DNA of 64,000 nt from Zygnema circumcarinatum SAG 698-1b (GCA_037447605.1 CM074807.1:868001-932000), one strand, 5' to 3'; counted from the first letter of the stretch, positions 26,757 to 41,700 are shown. Notes: generated by a model from the sequence alone, not told the origin. Translations and numbers: made by a program.

Positions 26757-29115
26757 CTACACCGCCACGCAGAGCCTGTCAAGGCGGACCCACTTGTAGG
26801 CGGAGCGGTCCCGGATCTGCGCCACTGCTTGGGCCGCCCCGTCAAGGGCTGTCCGTACGGAGGAGAGCCGCCTCTCGGCCTCTGCGCGTCTGCTGCTATC
26901 TGTTATCTGCGCACTCCGAGACAAGGCAGGACGAGCTTGAATAACGCAAAAACGACTTTGGCTTTGGTTTTGGTTTTGGATTTGGTTTTGGTTTTGGTTT
27001 TGGTTTTGGTTTCAGTCTTTTCCTTATGGTCGTGGCATTTGGTGCTAAGTCCGAAGAGGGCCTCTTGGTTCCGCAAGCATTTGGGGTTTAGGGTTGAGGA
27101 GGCGCAGCACCTTTGAGAGGGCTTTGGAGGCGTCCAGGAGGCGGTGGAAGTGCGACAATTGCTTGTAGAGCTCGGCCTCGGAAAACTGCCAATCCCAAGC
27201 AAAAGGAGTGTGAGCTGTAAACCCTAAATCCAATGCCAGCTATACAGCAATCTTTGACATCGAAGAGATGACTTCACCTCATCATCCCCATCAATTCTCT
27301 CTCATTCTCTCTCTCTCGCTCTCTCTCTCTGTATCTCTCTCTCTGCCTATCTCATTCTCCACCTCCCCCCTCCCTCCCCCTCCCTCCCTCCCTCTCTCCC
27401 TCCCTCCGTCCCTCACGTCTATGTGAACAAACCGACCTGGCGCACCATCCTCCCGTTACAGCGCGGGTAATTAGGGCAGATTGTGCCTCTCTCGGAGTCT
27501 CCCATTACTCGGAGAGTTATGTTCCGTGTCCGGCAGCCACATAGCTCGTCATCGCACTGCATGCCATGCCATGCCATGTCAGGAGACATGCCATCATCAC
27601 AAGTCATGCCAGCAACATGGAACTACTGGCCTGCTAGAGAACGCATCCATGTCGATGTATGTTTCCAGTTCCGTCTAATGATTAACTCACCCCCCCCCTC
27701 AGCAGCCCGTACAGTGCATGTGAAAAAGGAAAGTACTGCAATGTGGAAATGGTATTGATAGAATTCTCAGCAATTTCAGCTCATGCTGGGCTTAATGTGT
27801 AAGTCTAAGGAAGAGCATACCATGAGCCATGCATCGTAGTACTTCGCCACAAACGCTTCAGATCTCTGCTTCACCTGCTTCCACCGATAACCGACCCCAA
27901 ATCCTAAGAATCAGCTTTCAGCTTGCCTTGTGTCCGACAAATAAGCCCAGAATCATGCTGAAGAAAAACAATATTGAGCTCAATCGATGTATCAGAACAA
28001 TTTAAAGAACGTACCTGATTTGCCAGCATTGAAGCCGTTACAATCGGAGTCCTCCCAGAACCATCATCTTTACAAGCGGGACACTTCAAGGGATTAAATG
28101 CCCCAGCAGCGTCTGCATCTATTTCCAAGGAAGGTCTCGCCTGTTGATTCGATGACGAAGTGGTCGATTCAGACACAATGGTGTGAACACCACAGAAGGG
28201 AAATCTGGAGACGCATTTTGGACATGTAAGGAGCAGCGGTTCACAATGTCTGTACCTGCAACGGATTCCACTCATTTCTCATATGGGTTAGGGTGAAATC
28301 AGGTTGATCAGCCAAATCCCAACGATCACGTGAAAGGTGATCTCACTTGAAAGCAAGGGAATTTGAAGTATGGCGACTTCCCTCCCTTCCCCTTCATGTT
28401 TTTGGTGCTCTTAGGTACATACCATTCATCATCATCAAGTGTACATCCCGATGCAAGCTGCCCCTCCTCCGTAATATTCGCTGCCGCAGACTGCTGGTGA
28501 TACTGCATTGACATTCAACAAAAGACTCCATTTAGCGTCAGAATGAGTGAAGTGAGTGGAAGCCCAAACAAGGCACTGTCCGATTTTGGCTCCAAATAGG
28601 ATGATAATGATGATAATAATGATTATAATGTTACTAAAAATGATATTTCCTTATGGGTCCCCTCACCTTGGCAGCGTCCAGTCCAAGGCAGTCTGCCAAG
28701 CGAGCCGAATCCGTCCCCTCAATAGGTCCGCAAAGTCGAGAAACCACGGGATGAATCTGTCCAATGCCAACATGCCAATTCCGTACACAAGAAAAGTGAG
28801 AGGGAGGGAGATGAGGCGAAGCGGGAGAGGGAGGGTGAAGACGAGCAATACTTATTTAGGATGAGAGCAGCGAGAGAGAGGAGGGGAAGAAGGGCAGGGC
28901 GAGGGGGGGGAGGGACAAAGCTGTACCTGCTGCGATAAGTAGTACTCAATGTCAATATCCCATTCACCGTCTTCATGTTGAACCTCGTCTATGTGTCGAG
29001 CCCGATCCGCTATACTTCCAGTTGGAGGATTTCCCTTCACGGTACAGCAGACGAATGCATGGAAAACGAGGGTCTCAGTGTCACAACCAGCCTTGGGGCC
29101 AAAGAGAGAGAGAGA

Positions 29116-29161
<46 letters not shown>

Positions 29162-29611
29162 AAAAGATCGTAAGAGGAATAAAGAGAGTAGGAGACAGGA
29201 AAAATGGAGAGTGTTCCCCAGGCACACGCACCTTCTGCACACACACAACATATGGAATTGTATCTCCCGCAGAGCAGCCCTCGCGTCTCCCTTTTTGCAT
29301 TCGTCGCAGTGCCACCTGTCACATCCATGGGCAGCCCGGCAACCCTTCTGACTGAGCCAACTGCAGGAAGTGGGCGCAATTTTCTCTCCTCTCTCCCTCT
29401 CCCCCCTCCTTCCATCATCCGCCATCTCTCTCCCTCTCGTTTCCACCCCTCCATTATTTTCACCCCCACCTGCACATGTGGTTGGCTTTTCGCATCAGGA
29501 TATTCCTCTGGAGATCGAGTCAGCGACTTCGTGATGATGAAGTCCTCCAGCTCCACTTCGCCCGCTCTCACTTTGCTTGCCAGCTGTCACACAGAGAGCG
29601 AGAGAGAGAGC

Positions 29612-29643
<32 letters not shown>

Positions 29644-32600
29644 GAGAGAGTGAGTGAGAAAGAGAGAGAGAGACGCATAGTATCCGTTCAGCTATAGAAT
29701 GGAACAAGCGCAACAGGACAGAACTGACAACTGCAGCACATGCAGAGGACTTCCCGCAGAATAGTTTCTGCTCACCTCCCTCAGTTTGTTGTGAATGGCC
29801 TCCACGACCTCCTCTTTTGGACTGCTCAACCAAAAACATGGCCATTAACTTAGAAAAGCTCTTCTTGAAGATAAATATAAAGCAAACAAATAGGTTCGTC
29901 TATCCGATTATGTAAAACGTTTCTCACCTTCCGGATAAGATCTGCTCCAAACAAAAGTTTCCGATATCCTTTGAAACCACCGACCAATCACGTCGAACCA
30001 TGTCCAATCCTTTCACCTCAATTACCTGCCCGTTCCGGACCAACCAAAAAGAAAATTCATCTGCCTGGTCATTCCGAATTCTGACTCAGTAGATTCCTAA
30101 CTTTTATTCTAAAAAAAGGGCAAAGGAATCAAAACAACGAAAGGGGGCTAAACCAGACCTCTCGGGAAGTGCCATCTGGAAGAGTTTCCAATTTCACTGC
30201 AGCGTATTTCTTTTTTCTCAGCAGCAACATCCGTTTGAACACTCCGTCCATCTCAATTTCCAAAAGGCGGTACCTCTTATTCACCTGAGAAAGTAAAAGG
30301 GGGCAGAAGTGGGGAAATTCAGGTAAAAGAAATGAACCGGAGAAACTCAAAAGGGTTTCAGCAAATGGAACGTTGCAGATTTGAGGCATGCAAATCCCAC
30401 TTGCTCTACCTCCTCTCTCTCTCACTCTCTCTCTCACATTCTCTCACTCATTCTCGCTCACTTTCTCCGTTTCTCTCTGTTTACCTCCTTTTTTATGATT
30501 GCAGCATTCGCCCAGACTTGTGAGAGGTCCTCGAGGCCCATATGCACCATGATTGAGTCCGTATCTCCATATATTACCTGAAAGCAGCCCAAAATAATCT
30601 CAAATTTCCTTCAAGTAGAATTCACTTTCCAGAATGGTCAAGCCTCACCAGTTCCTTCTCTATAGTCTTCCTTTCTTACTCCCACTGGTCATTCTCACCT
30701 CCATGTTCAAGTTGTTTTGGACCAGATCAACTGTGCTCTGCAAAATTTCGCGACCCTGCAAAAAGAAAAAAACTCGAAAATGTCAAAACATGAGCGCCGG
30801 GTTTGCGGAGCTCTACAGTTTCTATGGAAAGGTCAATCGTTTTGGCCGAAAAAATGTGCACTCAGTATATCTGGGTGTTTGTTTATTAACAAAGACGACA
30901 ATACTGAAGGTTACGGATTCCTGAAAGTGGCCAAACGCGCACTTTTCATATTGCATGCATTTACTGACCAGAGAAGTAGTCAGCTCGGCCAACGATTTTG
31001 CGTAGAACCGCGAATTGCTGAACCCCAGACATCCGTACATGCTGCAAAGCCCCCATCGGATTTTTTTTGTCAATTTCATAGAAAGTTCACGGACTGCCCA
31101 TGAAGCAAGTGCGCATATTCTTTGTACTCCCCAACGTTCCTAACTTTGGATACTAGAATAACCCCAATAGAAAATGTAACAAAACTTTCATAGGCTTCAT
31201 ATTTCTAAGAGGATTCTAGACCTTCAAGCTTTTAGGCTCTTGAAAGTTTTTGAAAAAACTTTCAAGAAATTTCAGTTTTTTGAAATCCCTCCCTTCGGAT
31301 TCCTTTCACAGGCTTTCTAGGCAGGTTTCATCCTTGGTCTCAGAATTCTAAGGATTTGAAATCTTTGGTCTATATTCAAGTTTTTTTTTTTTGAAGGCCT
31401 TTGATGGCTTGTAATATTGACCTATTTGCTGTTAGTTTCAGAGCTTGCTGCCGAATATCATGCCGTTGTCGAGCTGCTGCATCTGTCTCCGTCTTCATTA
31501 TGGCCTTCACCTGCCTCCTTTTCTCAACTAGTGTTCGAATCACCTGTTCAAAACATCCCAAAATTAGCCCCAAACCCCAAATCAAGGTATTAAACTCAAA
31601 CCATCTTTTTGCCCACGAATCCCAAAAGCAGAGTAGCCCAAAAAACCAAAAAAACGAAGGCCCCAAAATGGCTGAAAATCAAAAAATCAAAATCAAAACC
31701 AAAATCTCCTCTCCCACCTGTGGGAGTACTCCCGGCGGATCCGCCGCCGGAAGAGGTGAAATGCTCCCATCTGCAGAACTTTTTACTGTCGTAAAGCAAA
31801 TGTTATACTCCTGAATAATAGATGGGTACAAGCTGTTGAAATCTAAAAGGACGACATACTTGTCATACAGCCCTCTTTTGGGTTCCAAAACCAATCCTCC
31901 TGCATAGGCAGGTCCTTTCCTCTTTCCCCCTCCTCTCCCTCCCTGCCCTCCCACAGCCTCTCCAATAGCTTCCTCTGCGCCATCCATGGCTTCCAGGACC
32001 TCCTCCTCCCGCGGATCTCCCTCTGTTGACGGGAGAGGGAGAGATTTCCTCCGATTACTCCCTGCCTGTGATGCTGCATTCGCCTTTTCCTTCTCTTTTG
32101 CAGAAAGTTTATCGGGCAGAATATATTTGCGCAGGTGGAATTCGTGCAGGAGGAGGTACTCGATTCGCTGAGCTCTAGCGGTCTGCATAAGGGAAAAAGA
32201 AATATGTGTTTGGAAAACCTCCACAACCTTGAAAACTTTCATGAAACACACGGAAAACTCGAGTCTGGAAACCACAAAATCTAAACAATTCTTAAACTAC
32301 TAGAAGCTTTGACCTCAAAAAAGAGTTAGGAGTTGGGGTCATGACCTGCAGAGTTTTGTTCCAAAGGTTTCCGCTGAGGCTGGTAAGTTGACGGGTGAGT
32401 GGAAGCAAACTGAGGTGGAACATTAGTCCCAAAGTTAACCACGCATCTGTCTCTCCAAGCTCCACCTGTATACCCCAAAAGCTTCCAGAAAGGAGTCTCC
32501 ATCACATAAACAGAGATGAGAAGCAGGTAGCCATGCAAAATGTGTGGCTGAGAAAACTCAAAACTATGAGAAAACCTGAGTTTTTGACTGTTTCTTTTCA

Positions 32601-35600
32601 GTGTGAAGCTCTGATTGAAGAAATGCTAGAGTGAGTTTCCAAGTTCTTGTTGGGGCTCACCAGCTTAACAAGCTCTGAACTGGAGGCATACATTCCCGGA
32701 ATGTCTGCTGGAGAGAGCTCTAACCTTGTCCTCCCCAACTGACTCTCTGCGAGCTGCGTTAGCGTGTAGCTAACCTGCAACCTCTCTCCCTCTCCTGCTC
32801 CCCATCAATCCTACCACCTAGCTTCCACACACAAGACCAACAACTTCAAAATTTTTGACAAAGTAGCTTGTCGTACTTTAAAACTTCGGAAAGCATGGAG
32901 CCCAAAAGCACCTCTTTGAGAAATTCTCTTGCGTTGAGGAAGGTATCGCAGAGCAGTCTCCCGGCAGTGCAGGTCACTGCAGAGGAGGTATTGCTGCCCA
33001 GGCGGGGCATCTGGGAACGCTTTAATCGGCCAATGGATGACCAGCTGCCCACTTTGCATGCCTGCATAGAGGGAGAGGAGAGAGAAAGAGAAGAGACGGA
33101 GCGAGAGAGAAGGAAGAACAGGGGAGGGGAGTGAAAAGAAAGAGGGAGAGACGGAAAAGTTGGAAAGCGAGGGAAAGATGAGACGAGAGAGACTCTGAAG
33201 TGATTGACGAGATGTGTATGCAGACAGTGTTCAAAGTGAGGGGTCTTCATGCACCTGCAGTCGGTGGAGAAGTATGTCGAGGTCGAAGCCAATGATGTTG
33301 TGGCCGACAAGCACGTCGGCATCAATCTTCACCAACTTCGCAAGGAGGAAGCTCAGCATCTCTCTCTCGCTGCCCCATCCAGAGGCCATACAGATAGTGA
33401 CTAAAAAAATGAGGATTCGGTCTTCTCTATGATTTTTTAGTAAAAGATTTCGAAAGATTAGAGGTTTGACTGGGGACTCAACTTCATGCTCACCTTCCCT
33501 TTTTGCTAACCACAACCCCTCCAGCTTTTTCATTTATCTTCGCAAGCTCTGAATCAAATCCGGCTGGAAACACCCCTCCAGAAAGCTTCCTCACTGCGCT
33601 AAAATGAGCCAATTTCTCGCGGTTATTCCACTCGGCCATTGTCATGGGGCGGTCGATCTGTCACCAACATTGCAAAATGTCAAATGTTCAGTCAAGTACC
33701 CCACATTGTATCGCAAAAATCAGGTCCAATTCTTTCCGTTTGGATGCACAAATTGACCAAGCGCATGGGAGAGATGCCGATTCGCACCTTAACCGTAGAG
33801 CAGTACACTACTGAAACAGCTGCCACCTCGTTCACATTATGTTGGTGGTTCAGAACGGTTTTTATGCTGAGTGATGCGACTACGAGAGGTGGAAGGTCCC
33901 TATTCTCCTTTGCCACATTCACATGCTTTGAAGTTTCCACCGTCACTTCCAACTTGCAATGGCTCACCTGCCACCAATTCAGTCCTCAATCAATTTCCGA
34001 TTGAGGACTGAACTGGACTTCCATAATATTTCAAAAAAAACATTTCCTGGCCTCATAACTTCCAGTACAAAAGGGGTAACTCGGTAACTGCTCGCTTGCG
34101 TGGTTAGTCTATCAAAGTCCTATTTCCCATTTCAAATGCTTGTGGGAGAGTTGAACTAGTCTTAGTTTTAGTAGCATTCTTTGTTTTCTCTTACCCCCAC
34201 AATACCTGTAAGTGAGCTAGTCGGCGGTTTGGAGAGGATATGGAAAGCCAACAGGGTCCCATCAGCTTCCTCTTCAACAGCAAGAGCTCCAGTGCACTGT
34301 GTCGTGTATGCGAAGGAGAGAGGGAGAGAGAGGGAGAGAAAGAATGGAGAAAGAGGGAAAGGAGGTGGGGAGGATAGGCAAGGTGAGGACGAGCAGAGTG
34401 TAAGCGGGTAGAGAAAGGGAGGGAGGGAGTTTGCAAAAGGGAGAGAAAGGCAAAAGAGGCGTAGGTGGAGAAGCGTAGGCAATAGAGTGCAAGAGACGCA
34501 AGTGAGCGATAACAGAGGAGAGCACGACGAGTGGAGACGAGATGACAAGTCGAATAGGAGAGAGGGAGAGGAAGGAGGAAATGAGACGTGAATCAGTGGG
34601 CGAAAAAAGGGGAGAATGACAGGTCAAGAGAGATGAAGAACGCGAAGAAGAGGGTGGAAGATACAGGGAAAGAGTGTGCGAGACTCTGAGGGAGAGAGAA
34701 AGAGAGAGATGCATTTACCTTGTATGAGTCCCAAACAAGGTCGAAAAATGTGTCCCCTCCAAATCAGCAGGCAGTGGACGATCCTGCCATGTCACCAAAA
34801 AGAATACGTTAACGCGATCTTGTGCATGTGTACAAGAGTACATTCATATCATACTTGAAAGTGAAATAATTCAGCACGACATCAAAAAAGAAAGCAAGCA
34901 CAGTTAAATGCCTCGAAGCCTGCACATGGAGGAGCCTTTAAGGCCGAATTGAATCAGAGTAAATACTTGAATCGAGTAGGTTGGAGAAGCACCTTAAAAG
35001 GGTATGTAATCTTGATGAAATAATTCTCACCGTAAGGTACATCAGATCGATCAAATGCATATGACCTCTGCAAGGAAGCCACGGATCACTTGAAACTAGC
35101 ACACCAATACAGCTACACTTCTTGCTCAGATTACATGAGTTTGAACAATGGATGCCCGACAAGAAAGCTATGCAAAACCAGAAGCTATAGAAGAAAAAGA
35201 ACCCACCTTCACAGGAGCCATGGTGAAACTCGATACATCACGCTCTATTAAATGTTCGGTCAATTCTTGCTTTGCTGCACTGGCCAAAGCCTGTAATCCC
35301 CACATCTTCCAAGCTTGAAACTGTTAAGGTCTAACTGACTCCGGCTTCTTAGTGCTTCAAGGAGTCTCAGGCATTTGAAGTGGTTTGATGGGCTTCAAAG
35401 ATTTTCAAGGTACAAAGAACCTACCTGTAGCTTCTTCGTCAGCGCCATCTTGTCAGAATCTTTTCTCGATTTGGCTGCTGCTTCCAATGCAGGCAGCTCG
35501 TCATCTTGGAAGGTTCCCTCTTTTGGCAGAGCGAATACACAGCGCTGCATATTGCGGACTAACACACAGCAGCTAACAAAGTGTTCCTCCAGAGGCACCT

Positions 35601-37878
35601 GCACTCATTCCGTTCAATGCAGCAGTATCAGAATACGCACATTAACATGTCTCTCGAACGAACATATGCCTTTTCCATTAAACGTCTTCAATGGTAGGAA
35701 GAAAAGTTCGCCATATACCTTTCCAAAGAGATAGACGCATCCAGGGCTACCTCCGAAGGCATCCTCGTACGCATCGAGGAAAAAGAAGGGAAGATTTCCC
35801 TCAGAGTCTAAGGGAAGAGGCTTATTCTCCACCTGGATTTCTGCCATCTTCTCTTCTATAGCAGCTGCGCCCGACGAGCCTCCCTCACATACAGCCTGCC
35901 ATGCAGCAGAGGCATTTTCTGCACTGCCTTTACTAGTTTTTGCATTTAAGCCTTGTTTAACTAACGGCTTGTCCAGAACATTGATTGCCGGAAGGTCTGC
36001 TTTGACCTCCTTTGAAGCAATTACACTATCCAGTTTCCCGTCCGCCACAGACGTGAACTCCTTCCCAGCAGCTTCAGAGTCCTTCATATCATGGACCCCA
36101 TTGCTCAATCCTCCTACATCAGAGGCTTCCAGCTCTGATAGCTCACTTTGATACTTCTCTTCAATTGCTCCTTTCGATGGTGGAAAGGAAGAATGGGATG
36201 AAACTCTAGGATTTTTTCCAATACCATTGGAAGCCTCCTCATTGTCAGCTTGAATGGCAGGATCAGTGGCTGTATGAGCAAGAGCAGTTGTTCTATCAAC
36301 GTTTTCAGAAACTGAAACAGGTTTATCTCCAAGAGATGAAAAAGTGTTGTCACTCGGCGGTGCCCGTTTCGTGGTCGTTGGATATCTGACACTAGGAGGC
36401 TGTACTTGTGATGCTACTTGGTTGTACTGTGGGTATCTCGGTTGGGCTAAAGCTGCAGCTCCTGCAGACAACGAAGCACATATTGCCCTCCGCTTGTACT
36501 TCAAGTTTGGTTCTGAATACGGAAAACATGATTGCTGAAGCCCAATTTGTGAAATCTGCGGCAAGAACTATGATGCATGAGACGGAAGAAACTACAGGCT
36601 TATCAAGTATGCGGGGGTAGATTAAACTTGATGACATAGGCTTAAGGGAGTTATTCACCTCGGCGCCTCTGCCGGAGTAACTGCCGATCCTTGTCATCAA
36701 CGGTAACATCTGCCAAAATTGAGTCAAGGGTTTTTTCTGCCTCTGCATCTGCCCCCATTGAACTTTTTCCTGATTTCTTCCCGACTACTGCGGATGCAAA
36801 TATGTGTGAAACTCCCCTGCTTTTGCCCATAAGCAGGTTGGCAGCTGCATTTAGAGACTGGACTGCTTTGCTGGGAGCAGGTTTTCGTATTTTTGGACCT
36901 GCAGGAATGGATGGTGTAGACCAACACCGCGAGGACAGTCAAACAAACAAAAAAAAAAATGAAATGAAGACTCTAAACTGAGCAGTTGCCTTCGATAAAT
37001 GGAAATGATTTGCTCAAAAGAGAGGGAGGGACAGGGAGGTGGGGGTTGAGGATTCAGAACACCATGTGCAGCCGGAAGCGGAAAAAAACAGATGCAAAAG
37101 CAGGAGGGGATAGTAAGGAGTTCTACGGCCTTTACTAGTTAAGTTACCAGAGAAAGCATTGGAGATAAATTTATGCTTTCGTTCATTGAAACACTAACGA
37201 CTGATCTAAAGAAAGAGCAATAGTTCAAGCAGCTTCTACTAGAGCTTTTGAACAAAAGCAGTTTTATTTGGCATAGTCAAAGGTCGTGGCTTTGAAGATG
37301 CAAAACTGACACCTCAGCACTTAAACTGAACCCTAATTTCCGATTCTTAAGCGACAAGAAAACATCTACCACTCATCAACACGCATATATAAAGTGCTGT
37401 TTAAGAGTCACTCGCCTCCGTTATTGCTCCCTTCCTTTTTGTTCCGTTTCCTTGACCTCCGGTCCAGCACCACATCGTCATCTTCTTCTTCCCCTTCCCC
37501 TCCCTCCCCATCCCACTCCTCCTCTTCTCCTTCATCTTCATACCCTAAATCCTCGCCAACCACGAAACCCTTTATCTGCTCCCTCCTCTTCGCAACTAGC
37601 TGCTCATACTCAGCCTCTGGCACCACATCGTACACATCCTCCTCCAGTTTCAGCTTGAAGTTATCTATGCGCCTCCTCTTGGCCCCCATTGCTGCATTCT
37701 CCACATCGTCATTCTTTTCATCACTCTCCAACCCAGCGCCTACATCATCCTGCTCGCCTCCTCCTCCGCTTCCGCGCTTCCGCAGAGCAATAATCTCTGC
37801 TAAAGCGGAGCGACGCCCATCGCCTTCGGTCGTGGATGAACGGCGGCGAGAGCGGGCAGGTTCTACAGCATCCGCCAT
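26757..37878 (-). CDS. POLA1: DNA polymerase alpha catalytic subunit (family B), many exons
   Basis: Region [23 protein letters not shown], region [19 protein letters not shown], region [30 protein letters not shown]. Exonuclease-like [19 protein letters not shown] and C-terminal zinc-finger CDDELC...CPNYPRCNG are also present. The stop TAG ends at 26757. Confidence 0.97.
26961..27011. repeat. (TTTTGG)n microsatellite in the last POLA1 intron
   Basis: About 8 units seen directly. Confidence 0.9.
37414..37415 (-). other. GC 5' splice site of POLA1 intron 1 (G|GCGAGT)
   Basis: The next exon (starts 36898; GPKIRKP...[11 protein letters not shown]) needs phase 1. The GC donor gives phase 1; the nearby GTGACT gives phase 2. 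Confidence 0.7.
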
Positions 37879-38051
37879 GGAGTACCACGATCTTGCTGGC
37901 TGTGGGAAAGTGCTGGGACTTCCAAAAAGAAGAGCCTACTAGGGAGAAGAGGAACAGTAGGAAAACGAAAGGGGCAGCAGGGAGAGGGGGGAAGCAGAGA
38001 GAGAGGAGGAGAGACGGAGAGGAAACGGAGGGAAGGAAGGAGTGAGAGGCA

Positions 38052-38185
38052 TTTAGGGTTAGAGTCCTCCCTCAGGGAGAGAGGAGAGGAGAGGAGCGGA
38101 GGGCAGGTGATTGGGATGACGTTGGGAAGGATTTGGCGGGAAATTTGTTCGCGCCATAATTTGAAGCTGGTTAGGGTTAGGGTTT
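38052..38185 (-). promoter_or_regulatory. POLA1 upstream region: E2F site TTTCCCGCCAA (38143-38133) and telo-boxes (AAACCCTA at 38185-38178; AACCCTAAA at 38060-38052)
   Basis: Exact E2F consensus ~255 bp upstream of the ATG of a replication gene; telo-boxes are established companions in plant replication-gene promoters. Confidence 0.65.
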
Positions 38186-38596
38186 CCATGCGGGAGCAAC
38201 GGAGAACGTGAAACAGAACGGAGAACAACACATGTGCATGGAACATCAACACTCTGGTAATGGCGATGGCGAGTCATGATGTCGATGATTATGATGAGGA
38301 TGGTGACGCTCCTTTCTTATTTTAATTTTTTTTTTTTTCAAGTGGTGGGGCTCCATCGCTGAGCAATAAACCACAACCCCAGTCCCTTCCCTTATTCACC
38401 AAATGAAGCCTCACTAAAAGAGAAACGCAAGAGAATTTGAATCCCTCTTTCTACCCAGAAAAGACCTGGACCCCAAGCCTCTCTCAGAACGCGACCTCAT
38501 AAAGGAGTTCACGGGCTCAAAGGTCCAACCCTTTTCTACGGAAAGAAGATGCAAAGCTTTACAGAGGTGTCGTTTCACAAGAGTGAACGCTGACTT

Positions 38597-38675
38597 TGAA
38601 CTGAACTTAACTGAACTGAACTGAGCTGAGCTAAATTTAACTAAAGTGAACTGAGCTGAATTGAACTGAACTGAA
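38597..38675. repeat. Degenerate (GAACT)n pentanucleotide repeat
   Basis: tgaactgaacttaactgaactgaactgagctgagc...gaactgagctgaattgaactgaactgaa. Confidence 0.85.
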
Positions 38676-38757
38676 GCCGGAATGTACAGAGAGGTCTCCT
38701 GTCTCGTTCTTTTCAAATTTCTCGACACCCAGATGGCACTTCTCATCTTGTGATCCT

Positions 38758-41700
38758 TCAAAAGCCGTCTCCGCTTCCAGCTCCACCTCTACCTCTTAAG
38801 CGGACTCCACTCCTTGGAAGCAGTTTTTCCTCTATTTCTTCCCTTTCCCCCTCCTTCGTTTCTCGTGAACCTCTCTCGTCTCCATCGGTTTTCTCTCCAC
38901 TCCTCGCATCCAGCCACTCACTCCCCAAAGAATCCTCCCTGCTAGTGCTCATCTCCTCTACCTCCAACTGATCATTGTTTTCCTCATCCGTTTGACCACC
39001 CATTGCACCCCATTCTTCTTCTACCACTTCCGACCCACCATTCCCATTCTGCATGGCTGCCAGTCGTTCTATAACTTTCTGAAGATCTGCTTTCCTTTGT
39101 TCTTCTTTGCCCCCAGGTTTTCCATAGGCTTCAGGAACAAGCAGCCTAGTTCCATTTGCACTACCTACTTGATCCCTTGCTTTATTCCTCTCTCCTCCTT
39201 CGCTTCTTTCCTTCTTCTTCACTGCTGAATCTCCTCCACCACCCCCACCGTTCCTTCTCTCCTGCTTCTCCGCATACTCCCCTCCCACCTTCACATCCCC
39301 ACTTCCCCCCTCCGCCACACACATACACTCCTCACACCGCGGATGACGATAAATGGAACGAGTAAAAGGCCGTTTTAACTCCTTAAATCCCACTTCTGCT
39401 ACTTCCCGAATCCTATCTCTAACTTCATGCCATTCCAAGTTTGAACTGTATGAAAAGATTTGGGCCAAACGGCGATGATTGGGTCTAAAAGAAGGGGCAT
39501 GACCCCCTCCCCAGTAAATCCTATGCCCTGTCACGAGTCCCCCCATTTGACTGCCGGAATCTGACATTGCGAAAACATCGGCAGCCGCACACACCATGTA
39601 GTCAAGAGCTGCGAGCTGTTCCCCCCCATTCACAAGATTCAGTTCCCACAATTCTCCTCATGAAACGAAGGGATTCGCACCAAAGAATAGAAAACTTCAT
39701 TAAGAAGACGAAAGAGTAAACGAGGAGATAGATCTCTTGAGTGAAGGATGACTCACATACACGCTTACATACCTTAGCATTTGAGTGCAGAAATGGCCGC
39801 AACTCGCTTTCAGAGAGAAGATTCTCCTTTGTGACAATGTTTGGATACAGACTCCTCATCACAGTCATGTGACTGAGCCCTCCGTACATTGCTCCTCCGG
39901 CCATAAAGATGCGAGTTCTGCGGTCAAACCCTAATGCTGCAGCAATAAGCACCATCTCTTCAGGGGTGAAGGGACACAATCCCCTTTCTCGGAAAGCATC
40001 GGGAGGGGGCAACCTGCGTAGTGAAGGAAGCAAAGGAAGGAGTGAGAGGAAGAAGAGAAAAAAGCATTAAAGTTGACATTGCTGGAACAGCATATTTGAG
40101 ACAACCTTGACTTGTTTCCTTTTGGCATTCTCATTGTTGGCTTTGAAAGGACACAGATTGACGTTTTACTCACTTGCCGGATTGTTCACGCTTGAAAAGA
40201 GTCGGAAAGTGCTTTTCACGGTAGGCCTGCAATTCCTCTCGCTCCTTCTGTCCCCCTCCAAACGAACAAAGAGAGTATGCCACCACATCTATCTCATAAC
40301 GCATGTGAAGGGCCACATACTTTACATAGTCCTTTCCCAAATTCCTCATCGACCCATCTGCTATCTCTCCTTCTCCAAACTCCGCATTTCCTTCAACGAC
40401 TTGGTCCCCATCTGCCTTCTTCAAAACCAGCGATTCGTTCCTTCCCACCTCTCGCAGCTCATCACTTCCATTCCCTCTCCCTGCCTTCAACCTCGCGAAT
40501 ATCCAATCTTTCCTTTTGGAAAACAACAGTCCCCTTTCATTTGCTTCAGCCAAATTACTTCTGCCATTCATAGCGGACTTCTCCACTGTGGAAAGCAGAC
40601 CCAATTTATCCCTCTTGCTGATGCTCTTCTGCATCCTTCCTTCTGCAGAGACATTCGTTTGGAGCTGACTTCGTTTCTCAACAGGCTTCCAATGGTCTGA
40701 GTCTCCCCAAAAAGTTGAATCTCCCCTCATTCTCTCCACCATGAGAGCGGCAGTGGCTGTGAGAGAGGCCTTGAAGCGGAGGGCATGGAAGTTGCACCTG
40801 CACCGAAGTCTCTGCAAAGGCAGGGACAGGACGATGGCTAAAGTCAATCAATCACATCCTGGAAGAGAGGAGAGAAGGAGTGCAAGAAGCTCAGCTATAT
40901 GTAACATCAAGCTATCCTGAAAGCTGGCAAGTTTGGCAAATTTACGCCTCTCTACAAAAGTCAACTAGTAATGTAAGTTTAACAAGTATGAGGCCGAACC
41001 TTTTTCCTTCCCATGCAAATCCCCTACCCTACTTTCGGATTTTCCCTATCCCAAGCATTAGCGGAAACAACCAAAGCCCTTCAGAGGAAGGAACAACCGC
41101 TAAGTTTGAAGTAGAGACATGAAGCATACAACAATGCTTTGGAGAAAGATGTTGGCTGTGATGATGTGGGGCTTACTTGCAAGTGGAAGGGCACCGGATC
41201 TGAAGCGAGCCGGTTCACAAAGCCATAGAAATGGAGCACTCGGTTTTTGCGGAGAAGAGCACGCACGTTCAAGAAGGCCGGGAGGAGGGCTTCCTTTGGG
41301 AAATCTGCATCGGTGATCTGCTCCAAATCAAGCAATTCAAGCACAAAGTCATGGGTTGACCCCTCATGATTTGTCCTTCCAAAAGGTCTGAAAGCCAACT
41401 TCAAGTGGTGAAGAGTAAATGCTCTGCTTTACAGCATGAACAGGAGGATGTATAGTAATGGGGTATTATAGGGTGTAGTTATATTGTGCAATAATCTATG
41501 TTTGCCACAAAAATTTGTACTCTCTTCTCAAATCTAAGAACTTAACGATCTTCAATACAACTTCCCTTACGAATCTTTTTGGCTCTGAAATGAGGAAAAT
41601 TTGGTAATACTCCGACACTTACAACGCTTCCAATGGCTTCGAGATGAAGTGATCTGAGGTCCTCGGGCAGCTCGGGAACAATGCGAACATCGTCCTTCAA

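Noticed and set aside
26757-37878. Possible viral/Polinton polymerase or intein in the family B polymerase
   Set aside because: Heavily spliced, with Pol alpha-specific N-terminal and zinc-finger regions; motif regions are contiguous with no intein-sized insertion.
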